Source: Chitinophagaceae bacterium (GTDB taxonomy: Bacteria; Bacteroidota; Bacteroidia; Chitinophagales; UBA10324). From it: a DNA stretch of 64,000 bases. The position numbers and the translations under genes were made by a program. This document shows positions 56,168 to 64,000 of this stretch, one piece after another; the stretch's first letter is position 1; every line of letters starts with the position of its first letter. Location of the stretch: assembly GCA_947469485.1 (NCBI GenBank), contig CANIPU010000008.1, forward strand, positions 11,463-75,462. Direction: 5' to 3'. The notes beneath the pieces were generated by a model. That model saw only the letters and a program-made list of their open reading frames with translations. It did not search any database and was not told the DNA's origin.

Positions 56168-58855
56168 ATGAAAAAGCTTTACTTACTTTCAGTTATTATT
56201 TTGTTTATAAATTCAACTTATGCTCAAATACCTCAAGCTTTAACTTATCAGGCTGTTGCACGCAATGCTTCAGGATCAGCAATTATCAATTCGAACCTTA
56301 GTATTAGAGTTTCAATAAAGGATGTTAATGCAACTGGTCCAACTTTGTATTCCGAAACACATTCGGTAACAACAAATCAGTTTGGGTTATTTACAGTGGC
56401 TATTGGAACTGGATTGATTCAATCAGGTGTTTTTGCAAATATTAATTGGGCTACTGGTTCAAAATTTATGAAAGTTGAAATGGATGTAACAGGAGGCTCT
56501 TCTTATATTGATATGGGAACATCACAAATGTTAAGTGTGCCATATGCATTGTTTGCTGGTAGCGTGGTTGGTGGTTCGGGAGGTGATGATTGGGGAGCAC
56601 AAACAGTAATAGCAAATTCTACATTGACTGGAGATGGGACAAATTCAAATCCTCTTGGATTGGCACAACAAGGTGCTGCCTCAGGTCAGACATTAAAATG
56701 GAATGGATCACAATGGGTTCCTGCAAACGACTTAGTTGGAACAGGCGGAGATAATTGGGGTGCTCAAAGTGTTGTTACTAATTCTACGCTTACTGGTGCC
56801 GGAACTTTTGCATCACCTATAGGTATTGCTCAACAAGGAGCAACATTAGGTCAAACTTTAAAATGGAATGGGGCTGCCTGGGCTCCGTCAAATGATTTGG
56901 ATAATGATGCTCAAACTCTTGGAATTGCAGGAAATATTCTAACAATTAGCAATGGAAATTCTATAACTCTTCCAGTTGCGATAAATTATACTGCAGGTAC
57001 TGGTATTAACATTTTAGGAAATATTATTAGCAACACAGGAGATATTAGTAATTCAAATGAATTACAAACACTTTCGATATCTGGAAGTCAATTAACAATA
57101 TCTGGTGGAAATACAGTTGCAATACCAATCGGTACAAATTATAGTGCTGGGACAGGAATCGATATTACCGGAAACACTATTTCTAATTCCTCTCCTGATC
57201 AAGTCGTTTCAATAACCGGAACCGGTGGAGCATCGGTTACTGGATTTTATCCTAATTTCAATGTTAATTCGACAGATGCACAAACACTTTCTCTCAACGG
57301 ATCTCTATTAACAATATTAAATGGTAATTCAGTTACATTGCCAATTGGTACAACTTATACTTCAGGTTCTGGAATTGGTATTATTGGAAATGTAATTTCA
57401 AATACTCAACCAGATCAAATTGTAAATATTACTGGTGGTGGAGCGACAAATGTTTCTGGTATATATCCAAATTTTATAATCTCATCTACCGACAACAACA
57501 CAACCTATTCCAATGGAAGTGGAATTGATTTAACTGGAACAGTTTTTAGTTTAAATGCAATCACCGATCAAACCCTTAATGGAAATGGAAGCTCCGGCGC
57601 ACCTTTAAAAATTGCTCAGCAAAGTGCAATTACAGGGCAAACACTTAAGTGGAATGGAACTTCTTGGATTCCTGCAAATGATTTAGATAATGATTCTCAA
57701 ACACTTTCAATAAATGGTTCAATTATTTCAATCAGTAGCGGAAACTCAATAAACTTGCCAGCTCCAGTTTCATATACAGCTGGTACAGGTATTGGAATTG
57801 CAGGAACCGTTATAACTAATACATCCCCTGATCAGGTCGTTTCGTTAATAGGAACCGGGGGAACAAATGTTTTAGGATCATATCCAAACTTTACCATTAA
57901 TTCTATTGATAATGATGTACAAAGCTTAAGCCTTAATGGTAATAATTTATCAATTTCAAATGGTAATACCCTTTCGCTCCCACTGGGAACAACTTATTCT
58001 GCTGGAACAGGTATTGGAATAATTGGAACAATAATTTCAAATTCAGCACCGGATCAAATTGTAACATTAGTTGGTACAGGAGCAACTACTATTACAGGAG
58101 CTTATCCTAATTTTACGATTAATTCAGTTGATACAGATACTGACACTCAAACATTATCTCTTAATGGAAATATCCTTGCAATAAGCAATGGAAATAATGT
58201 AACACTAACAACGGGATCAAATTACACTGCTGGAAGCGGAATTTCGTTAACAGGTACAACATTTAGCAATAATGCCATTACTGATTTTACGCTCTCAGGG
58301 AATGGTACCGCTGGAACACCATTAAAAATTGCACAACAAGGTGCAACAACAGGCCAGGTATTGCAATGGGATGGTACAACTTGGTTACCATCAACAATTG
58401 CAGCAGCAGGAGCTTTTGGTCAAAGCACAACTTCTGTCTTTGGAACTTTAGCAATTACTCAAACTCCGACCTCTGCCTTTACATTAGTCCCTGGTTTAAC
58501 CCAAACGATTAATATTCCGGCAGGCTATTCAATTTTTATTACTTCGGGTGGAGGTATTTCAACTTCAAGTGTACTTGGTACTGGATATTCTGTAGCTGAT
58601 ATTGTTTTGGCAATTGATGGGGCTTTAAATGCAGCAGGAGGGGGATATCAAAGATTAACTGCATTAAATAATGGAGGACTTATTGGAAATTTTAGTTATT
58701 GGGCTTTACATCTATCACCAGTATTAACTCCTGGATTGCATACTATAGAGGTTAGGGCTGCAGGAGCAAATAACGGAGGGTCAAATTTTTCTGTAAGTGG
58801 TGATGCAACTAGTGTTTTACAAGGCGAATTAACAATTACACTTATTAAAAATTAA
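56168..58855 (+). CDS. repetitive fibre-like secreted protein, 895 aa, no recognisable T9SS sorting domain
   Basis: Signal peptide MKKLYLLSVIILFINSTYAQ. A 115-aa N-terminal module is shared with the 858-aa gene. Has DNWGAQ...LAQQGAxxGQTLKWNGxxWxPxND units. Has at least six copies of a roughly 60-aa unit (QTLSLxGNxLTISxGNxVTLPxGTxYTAGTGIxIxGNxISNTxPDQ). Ends in a globular all-beta C-terminal head. Confidence 0.8.
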   Translation: MKKLYLLSVIILFINSTYAQIPQALTYQAVARNASGSAIINSNLSIRVSIKDVNATGPTLYSETHSVTTNQFGLFTVAIGTGLIQSGVFANINWATGSKFMKVEMDVTGGSSYIDMGTSQMLSVPYALFAGSVVGGSGGDDWGAQTVIANSTLTGDGTNSNPLGLAQQGAASGQTLKWNGSQWVPANDLVGTGGDNWGAQSVVTNSTLTGAGTFASPIGIAQQGATLGQTLKWNGAAWAPSNDLDNDAQTLGIAGNILTISNGNSITLPVAINYTAGTGINILGNIISNTGDISNSNELQTLSISGSQLTISGGNTVAIPIGTNYSAGTGIDITGNTISNSSPDQVVSITGTGGASVTGFYPNFNVNSTDAQTLSLNGSLLTILNGNSVTLPIGTTYTSGSGIGIIGNVISNTQPDQIVNITGGGATNVSGIYPNFIISSTDNNTTYSNGSGIDLTGTVFSLNAITDQTLNGNGSSGAPLKIAQQSAITGQTLKWNGTSWIPANDLDNDSQTLSINGSIISISSGNSINLPAPVSYTAGTGIGIAGTVITNTSPDQVVSLIGTGGTNVLGSYPNFTINSIDNDVQSLSLNGNNLSISNGNTLSLPLGTTYSAGTGIGIIGTIISNSAPDQIVTLVGTGATTITGAYPNFTINSVDTDTDTQTLSLNGNILAISNGNNVTLTTGSNYTAGSGISLTGTTFSNNAITDFTLSGNGTAGTPLKIAQQGATTGQVLQWDGTTWLPSTIAAAGAFGQSTTSVFGTLAITQTPTSAFTLVPGLTQTINIPAGYSIFITSGGGISTSSVLGTGYSVADIVLAIDGALNAAGGGYQRLTALNNGGLIGNFSYWALHLSPVLTPGLHTIEVRAAGANNGGSNFSVSGDATSVLQGELTITLIKN

Positions 58856-58924
58856 TTAACATTCTTTCATAAAATTTAAAAATTCAAAACCAATTTTTTA
58901 TTCACCAACTCAAATTTTAATACA

Positions 58925-59428
58925 ATGAAATACTTTTCATTTTTTCCTCTTTTATTTATGCCGATTTTATTATCAGCACAAAGTCTTTCTCCTACCGTTA
59001 TTGCTTCTTATGGGAAATGGTCGAACAATGGTGGCTACACCTTATCTGCTACTAGTGGTGAAATGATGATTCAAACATTTACTGGTGGAACAAACATCCT
59101 AACTCAGGGGTTTCAACAACCAGATGAAAAGACCATAGGAATTCAGGAATTGAATGAAGAAGGTTTAACTATTAAAATTTTCCCGAACCCAACAATTGAT
59201 TTAGTTATGATTGATTTGCAATCTGAAAATGCTGAATCATATGGAGTGATAATGTATGATTTATTAGGAAGAACTCTTGCATTGCCTGGTACGCTTGATC
59301 GTAGTCATACCCAATTACAACAATCATTTAATTTATCGCAGTTGCCTTCAGCAACTTATTTTCTATGCGTGGTTAATGCGCAGGGAGAAATAAAAAATTC
59401 ATTTAAAATCCAAAAAATCTCTTATTAA
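58925..59428 (+). CDS. minimal T9SS type A cargo: approximately 50-aa passenger plus sorting domain, 167 aa
   Basis: Signal peptide ending LLSAQ. Short passenger ...SATSGEMMIQTFTGGTNILTQGFQQP and an acidic linker. CTD IFPNPTIDLVMI...ATYFLCV...KIQKISY. Confidence 0.75.
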   Translation: MKYFSFFPLLFMPILLSAQSLSPTVIASYGKWSNNGGYTLSATSGEMMIQTFTGGTNILTQGFQQPDEKTIGIQELNEEGLTIKIFPNPTIDLVMIDLQSENAESYGVIMYDLLGRTLALPGTLDRSHTQLQQSFNLSQLPSATYFLCVVNAQGEIKNSFKIQKISY

Positions 59429-59446
59429 TAAATAATAATTTTAACA

Positions 59447-62023
59447 ATGAAAAAACTAATTACACTTTTTGCCTTTTGCATTATCAGTACAATATCGTTT
59501 GCTCAAATACCTCAGCAATTAACCTATCAAGCTGTTGCCCGAAGTTCAGCCGGAGCAGCATTGGTTTCTACAAACATCAGCATTCGAATTTCAATTAAAG
59601 ATATTACTGCTACAGGTACAACTCTTTATTCTGAAACACATACTGCTACCACAAACCAATTTGGATTGTTTACTCTTCCTGTTGGCAGTGGTACTGTTGT
59701 GTCAGGAACTTTTGCATCAATCAACTGGGCAACTAACGCTAAGTTTATGAAAGTTGAAATGGACCCAACCGGTGGTTCTTCATATACTGATATGGGTACC
59801 TCTCAGCTTTTAAGTGTACCATATGCTTTGGTTGCTGGCAGTGCTGTAAATAATCCAGCCTTATCATTAAATGATTTAACAGATGTTACTTCAACTGGTG
59901 CAACTACAAACCAAGTATTATTATGGAATGGAACACAGTGGGTTCCGGGAAATATCAGTGGAGGTGACAACTGGGGGACGCAAACAGCAGTAACTAATTC
60001 TACTTTAAGCGGTAATGGAACATCAGTTTCTCCACTTGGTCTTGCACAACAAGGTGCTTCTTCAGGTCAGGTGTTAAAATGGAACGGAACTAACTGGGCA
60101 CCTGGAAGTGATAATGTTGGTGCAAGTAGTGGTTCAGTAAATGTAACAGCCCGATTAATTGGCGATGGTACACTTGCAAATCCTCTTGACATTGCGCAAC
60201 AAGCTGCAACTGCAGGTCAGGTTTTAAAGTGGGGTGGAAGCAGTTGGGTTCCTTCAAATGATGCAGATGCTCAAACATTAAACCTGATTGGAAACACTTT
60301 ATCATTAACAAATGGTGGAAGTGTTACTCTGCCGACCGGCACTACTTATACTGCAGGAACAGCAATTAACCTGGGTGGAAATGTTATAACTAATACCGCT
60401 CCGGATCAAACTGTTGTATTAACTGGAACTGGTGGAACAACAGTTACAGGAACTTACCCGAACTTCACCATTAACTCAACAACAGGAGGTGGTTCATATA
60501 CAGCTGGTACAGGAATCAGTATTGTGGGAAATGTGATTACAAATACTTCTTTAAATACTGATGCACAAACACTTTCAGTTGTTGGAAATCAGTTGTCAAT
60601 TTCAGGAGGTAATACTGTAACAATGCCGACCGGCACAACATATACTGCAGGCACCGGAATCAGTTTAGGTGGAAATGTTATTACCAATACTGCACCGGAT
60701 CAAACTGTAACACTTAATTCAGGAACGGGTATTTCTGTTACTGGGTCTTATCCAAATTTCACAATTACTGCGACTGGCGGTGGTGGTGGTGGAATCAGTG
60801 GTTCAGGTACTGTTAACTATGTTCCGAAATTCACTCCGACCGGAACTGCACTTGGTAATTCTCAATTGCGTGATGATGGTACTTACATGGGAATTAACAC
60901 CGCTCCAAACGGAACTGATAAATTAGTTGTTGTTCCTGGAGCTTCAGTTACAGGGGGAATAAAAGTTAACTATAATAACCCATCAGCCAATACCTATGGT
61001 ATGAATGTTACAAGTCTTCATGGCAATTCTTATATTGGTTATACTGGTACAATAACTTTTGGAGCCTTAACAGGAACTGATCCTGAGATATATGGTTCAT
61101 CAAGTTCAGGAGTTTCTGCAGGAGTCTTTGGAGCTACAAGTGGAACGAATACTAGTGCCGCTATTGTAGGTTTATCTAACAACTGGCATGGAGGATTTTT
61201 TGGTTCAAATGATGCTCAAGGTGGTGTTGGTGCTTTAGGCTTATATAATGGAACAGTAGCTAGTGATGGGTTTCTTGGTTTTTATGATGGTTCTGCTGCT
61301 GAGGGTGCAGGTACACATGGCTATAATAACCGAGCTTCAGGTGTTTCGAATTTCGGAGTATATGGTGATTACAATGGAGCAGCATATGGTGTAGGTGTAA
61401 TTGGAATTGGTTTTAATGGTTCAATACCAAATGGATTAGTAGATTATGGTGTTTGGGGTTCTGCTACTTCTCCTGGTTATGCTGTTTATGCTTATGGTGA
61501 TTTGACTTGTACTGGTGCAAAAAATGCATCGGTAGGAACATCAAAAGGAAATCAATTAATGTACAGTATCGAAAGCCCTGAAGTTTGGTTCGAAGATTTT
61601 GGAACTGCTACTTTAGCTAATGGTGAAACAACAGTGAATCTTGATCCGCTTTATCTTGAAACTGTTTTCATTGATGCAACTCATCCTATGATAGTAACTA
61701 TTACACCACAAGGTGATTGTAAAGGAATGTTTGTTGAACCTGGTACGAACTCTTTCACTGTTAAAGAATTAAACGGCGGTAATTCAAATACTTCATTTAG
61801 CTACAGAATAACCTGCAAGAGACTGAATTATCAGGATCACAAATTTGGAGCTGATTTAACATGGGGTAACGGTGATACCCGTGTAAATTATAATTATGTA
61901 ACACCAAAGCCAATGGATTACAATGAAATGATGAAATTCAGTTTGGAGCAAAAAGCTAAAAACCAAAACGACAGTAAATCGAAAAAAATAGAATCTAAAA
62001 TTAACTTGGTTAATCCGAGATAG
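59447..62023 (+). CDS. repetitive tail-fibre-like secreted protein, 858 aa, no recognisable T9SS sorting domain
   Basis: Signal peptide MKKLITLFAFCIISTISFAQ. Same N-terminal module and LAQQGAxxGQVLKWNG / QTLSxxGNxLSxxGGNxVTxPTGTTYTAGT repeats as the 895-aa protein. Then GTVNYVPKFT...LGNSQLRDDG and a Gly-rich beta-helix-like region. The C-terminal ...YAVYAYGDLTCTG...MYSIESPEVWFEDFG...VNLDPLYLETV... module resembles the ends of tail-fibre-like proteins. Confidence 0.8.
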   Translation: MKKLITLFAFCIISTISFAQIPQQLTYQAVARSSAGAALVSTNISIRISIKDITATGTTLYSETHTATTNQFGLFTLPVGSGTVVSGTFASINWATNAKFMKVEMDPTGGSSYTDMGTSQLLSVPYALVAGSAVNNPALSLNDLTDVTSTGATTNQVLLWNGTQWVPGNISGGDNWGTQTAVTNSTLSGNGTSVSPLGLAQQGASSGQVLKWNGTNWAPGSDNVGASSGSVNVTARLIGDGTLANPLDIAQQAATAGQVLKWGGSSWVPSNDADAQTLNLIGNTLSLTNGGSVTLPTGTTYTAGTAINLGGNVITNTAPDQTVVLTGTGGTTVTGTYPNFTINSTTGGGSYTAGTGISIVGNVITNTSLNTDAQTLSVVGNQLSISGGNTVTMPTGTTYTAGTGISLGGNVITNTAPDQTVTLNSGTGISVTGSYPNFTITATGGGGGGISGSGTVNYVPKFTPTGTALGNSQLRDDGTYMGINTAPNGTDKLVVVPGASVTGGIKVNYNNPSANTYGMNVTSLHGNSYIGYTGTITFGALTGTDPEIYGSSSSGVSAGVFGATSGTNTSAAIVGLSNNWHGGFFGSNDAQGGVGALGLYNGTVASDGFLGFYDGSAAEGAGTHGYNNRASGVSNFGVYGDYNGAAYGVGVIGIGFNGSIPNGLVDYGVWGSATSPGYAVYAYGDLTCTGAKNASVGTSKGNQLMYSIESPEVWFEDFGTATLANGETTVNLDPLYLETVFIDATHPMIVTITPQGDCKGMFVEPGTNSFTVKELNGGNSNTSFSYRITCKRLNYQDHKFGADLTWGNGDTRVNYNYVTPKPMDYNEMMKFSLEQKAKNQNDSKSKKIESKINLVNPR

Positions 62024-62046
62024 TTTTTCTTAACTAATATTATTAA

Positions 62047-62084
62047 AAGAGGTCGTGTCGTAATTGATGCGACCTCTTTTTTTT
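62047..62084 (+). terminator. rho-independent terminator
   Basis: AAGAGGTCG / CGACCTCTT perfect 9-bp stem with a 14-nt loop, then TTTTTT. Confidence 0.8.
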
Positions 62085-62187
62085 GTATCATTACTTAGTC
62101 ACGAAATTGTAAGTTGTTTGTGAAATAATAATTCTCCATTACTGTTAATCAATTCCAAAACACTTAATTCGCTGCGCACAATTATTC

Positions 62188-63093
62188 ATGTCGGTAAAAG
62201 TTCAGGGGCTTACTAAAATTTATGGCGAACAAAAAGCCATCGACAACATTTCGTTTGAAGTGAAGCCCGGCGAAGTGCTTGGTTTCCTCGGACCAAATGG
62301 TGCAGGCAAAAGCACCACCATGAAAATTCTATCTGGCTTTATACCGCAAACCGAAGGCAAAGCATTTGTTTGTGATTTTGATGTAGAAAAAGATTCACTC
62401 AAAGCAAGAAGCAAGGTTGGGTACTTACCCGAAAACAATCCGCTTTATACTGAAATGTATGTAAAAGAATTTTTGTTATTCGTTGCAGGATTGAATGGAA
62501 TAAGGGGCAAGCAACGGAAATCAAGAATGGAAGAAATGCTTGAGGTAACAGGGCTTACGCAGGAAATGAATAAAAAAATTGGCGCACTGTCGAAAGGTTA
62601 TCGTCAGCGTGTTGGTTTAGCTCAAGCGCTAATTCATGATCCCGAAGTTTTAATTTTAGATGAACCCACATCAGGTCTCGATCCGAATCAACTTGTTGAA
62701 ATAAGAAATTTAATTCTTGAACTTGGGAAAGAAAAAACGGTAATCCTATCAACACACATTATGCAGGAAGTACAGGCATTGTGTCATCGGGTAATCATCA
62801 TCAACAAAGGGAAAATTGTAGCGAACGATACAGCCGAAAATTTACAGCGAACAACTTCCAGTGAGGTGATTGTGAAAGTGAGTTTTAAAGAAAATGTTAA
62901 TGAAAAATTATTAATGCAGATTGAAGGAGTGAGTAGTGCAAAAAATGTTGGCGCAAATAATTTTGAATTGAATTCAGCAAATGACATACAAGAAAATGTT
63001 TTTCGTTTTGCAGTTGAAAACAAACTCACTATACTTTCATTGCAACAAGAAAAACAAAACTTAGAAGAAGTTTTCCGGCAACTGACTAAGTAA
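62188..63093 (+). CDS. gldA: gliding-motility-associated ABC transporter, ATP-binding subunit
   Basis: 301 aa. Walker A GPNGAGKST, signature LSKGYRQR, Walker B ILILDEPTSGLD. Followed by GldF-like and GldG-like genes in the canonical order. Confidence 0.8.
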   Translation: MSVKVQGLTKIYGEQKAIDNISFEVKPGEVLGFLGPNGAGKSTTMKILSGFIPQTEGKAFVCDFDVEKDSLKARSKVGYLPENNPLYTEMYVKEFLLFVAGLNGIRGKQRKSRMEEMLEVTGLTQEMNKKIGALSKGYRQRVGLAQALIHDPEVLILDEPTSGLDPNQLVEIRNLILELGKEKTVILSTHIMQEVQALCHRVIIINKGKIVANDTAENLQRTTSSEVIVKVSFKENVNEKLLMQIEGVSSAKNVGANNFELNSANDIQENVFRFAVENKLTILSLQQEKQNLEEVFRQLTK

Positions 63094-63132
63094 TTCGAAA
63101 AGCATGAACTACCATCAAATTTCTATCAAAAA

Positions 63133-63864
63133 GTGTTAACGATATTTAAAAAAGAACTCAGCAGTTTCTTCAGCAGCATCACCGGCTATGTGGTGATGAT
63201 TGTTTTTCTGCTCGCTTTGGGGTTATTTGTTTGGGTTTTTCCTGATAGCAATGTACTTGATTATGGTTATGCATCGCTCGATCCTCTTTTCTTTTATGCG
63301 CCATGGATTTTTATTTTTCTGATTCCTGCAATCACTATGAAATCTTTTTCTGATGAAATAAAAACAGGAACGATAGAATTGCTCAGTACCAGACCTGTTA
63401 CTGATTTACAAATTGTATTGGGAAAATATTTTGCTTCACTTTTTCTTGTTGTGTTTTCTGTTTTGCCTACACTATTATATTTCTACACCATTAACCAACT
63501 CGGCAATCCAAAAGGTAATATGGATATTGGGGCAACATGGGGTTCATACATTGGTTTAATTTTTCTGAGTGCAACATTTTTGAGCATTGGTGTTTTTACT
63601 TCATCTATAACCAGTAACCAAATTGTTGCTTTTATACTTGCTGTTTTCCTCTGTTTTTTTTCTTACCAGGCTTTCGATATGTTAAGCAAGCTGAATTTTT
63701 TTGCCGGAACATTTGATACTATAGTTCAAAACATCGGAATCAATTATCATTATCAATCAATAAGCCGAGGAGTGGTTGACACACGAGATACATTGTACTT
63801 TCTTTCTTTCATCACTATTTTTATTTTAATGACACGCATCTCGTTACAAAGCCGAAAATGGTAA
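63133..63864 (+). CDS. gldF: gliding-motility-associated ABC transporter, permease subunit
   Basis: 243 aa. GTG start. ABC-2 type permease with 6 TM helices. The N-terminus FKKELSSFFSSITGYVV is typical of GldF. Confidence 0.75.
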   Translation: MLTIFKKELSSFFSSITGYVVMIVFLLALGLFVWVFPDSNVLDYGYASLDPLFFYAPWIFIFLIPAITMKSFSDEIKTGTIELLSTRPVTDLQIVLGKYFASLFLVVFSVLPTLLYFYTINQLGNPKGNMDIGATWGSYIGLIFLSATFLSIGVFTSSITSNQIVAFILAVFLCFFSYQAFDMLSKLNFFAGTFDTIVQNIGINYHYQSISRGVVDTRDTLYFLSFITIFILMTRISLQSRKW

Positions 63865-63873
63865 CTTGAAATC

Positions 63874-64000
63874 ATGAGCAACACAAAACGAAAATCAAAC
63901 AAACAATCTGTTTTATTCCGCTTAGTGGTGGTTATTGGAATAATTGTTTTGTTGAACCTTATCGCTTCACGATTAGTATTTCGTTTTGATTTAACGAGTG
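63874..64000 (+). CDS. gldG: gliding-associated ABC transporter substrate-binding/auxiliary component GldG, 5-prime fragment (runs off the window)
   Basis: ATG at 63874 gives MSNTKRKSNKQSVLFRLVVVIGIIVLLNLIASRLVFRFDLTS, a basic N-terminus plus TM helix plus RFDLT motif as in GldG. Only 42 codons are visible. Confidence 0.6.
   Translation, partial: MSNTKRKSNKQSVLFRLVVVIGIIVLLNLIASRLVFRFDLTS

Noticed and set aside
56168-62023. Prophage remnant, because of tail-fibre-like proteins
   Set aside because: No capsid, terminase, portal, baseplate, lysis or integrase genes are adjacent. Both proteins have Sec signal peptides, and the flanks are glyQS and gldAFG.

Overview
This is an AT-rich segment of a Bacteroidota chromosome. 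The phylum call rests on a gldA-gldF-gldG gliding/T9SS-associated ABC transporter operon, a uppS-bamA-skp-skp-murI block, and nine genes ending in type IX secretion (T9SS) C-terminal sorting domains. I cannot resolve the taxon further from sequence alone. Housekeeping genes recognised by motif are uppS, bamA, two skp/ompH, murI, an ECF sigma/anti-sigma pair, metF, apaG, gmk, glyQS, crcB and gldAFG. Accessory content falls into five groups. (1) A G+C-richer orphan island (about 2.8-4.8 kb) holds a 306-aa ORFan, a stand-alone LuxR-type HTH and an array of 13 perfectly phased 21-bp repeats. (2) A run of secreted T9SS cargo genes includes an M4 metalloprotease and a type B CTD adhesin. (3) A co-directional GH3 / LysE / acyltransferase / 2OG-oxygenase / ChrA block. 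(4) Two tandem giant paralogous adhesin-like genes (1767 and 1841 aa) are followed by a secreted two-HKD PLD-family enzyme and a Wza/Wzc polysaccharide operon. (5) A three-gene cluster (56.2-62.0 kb) holds two tail-fibre-like repetitive proteins without sorting domains, flanking a minimal 167-aa T9SS cargo. I found no rRNA, tRNA, CRISPR array, transposase or integrase. All family assignments come from motif recognition, not database searches. My best candidates for something undescribed are the HTH plus phased-repeat island and the fibre / mini-cargo / fibre cluster.
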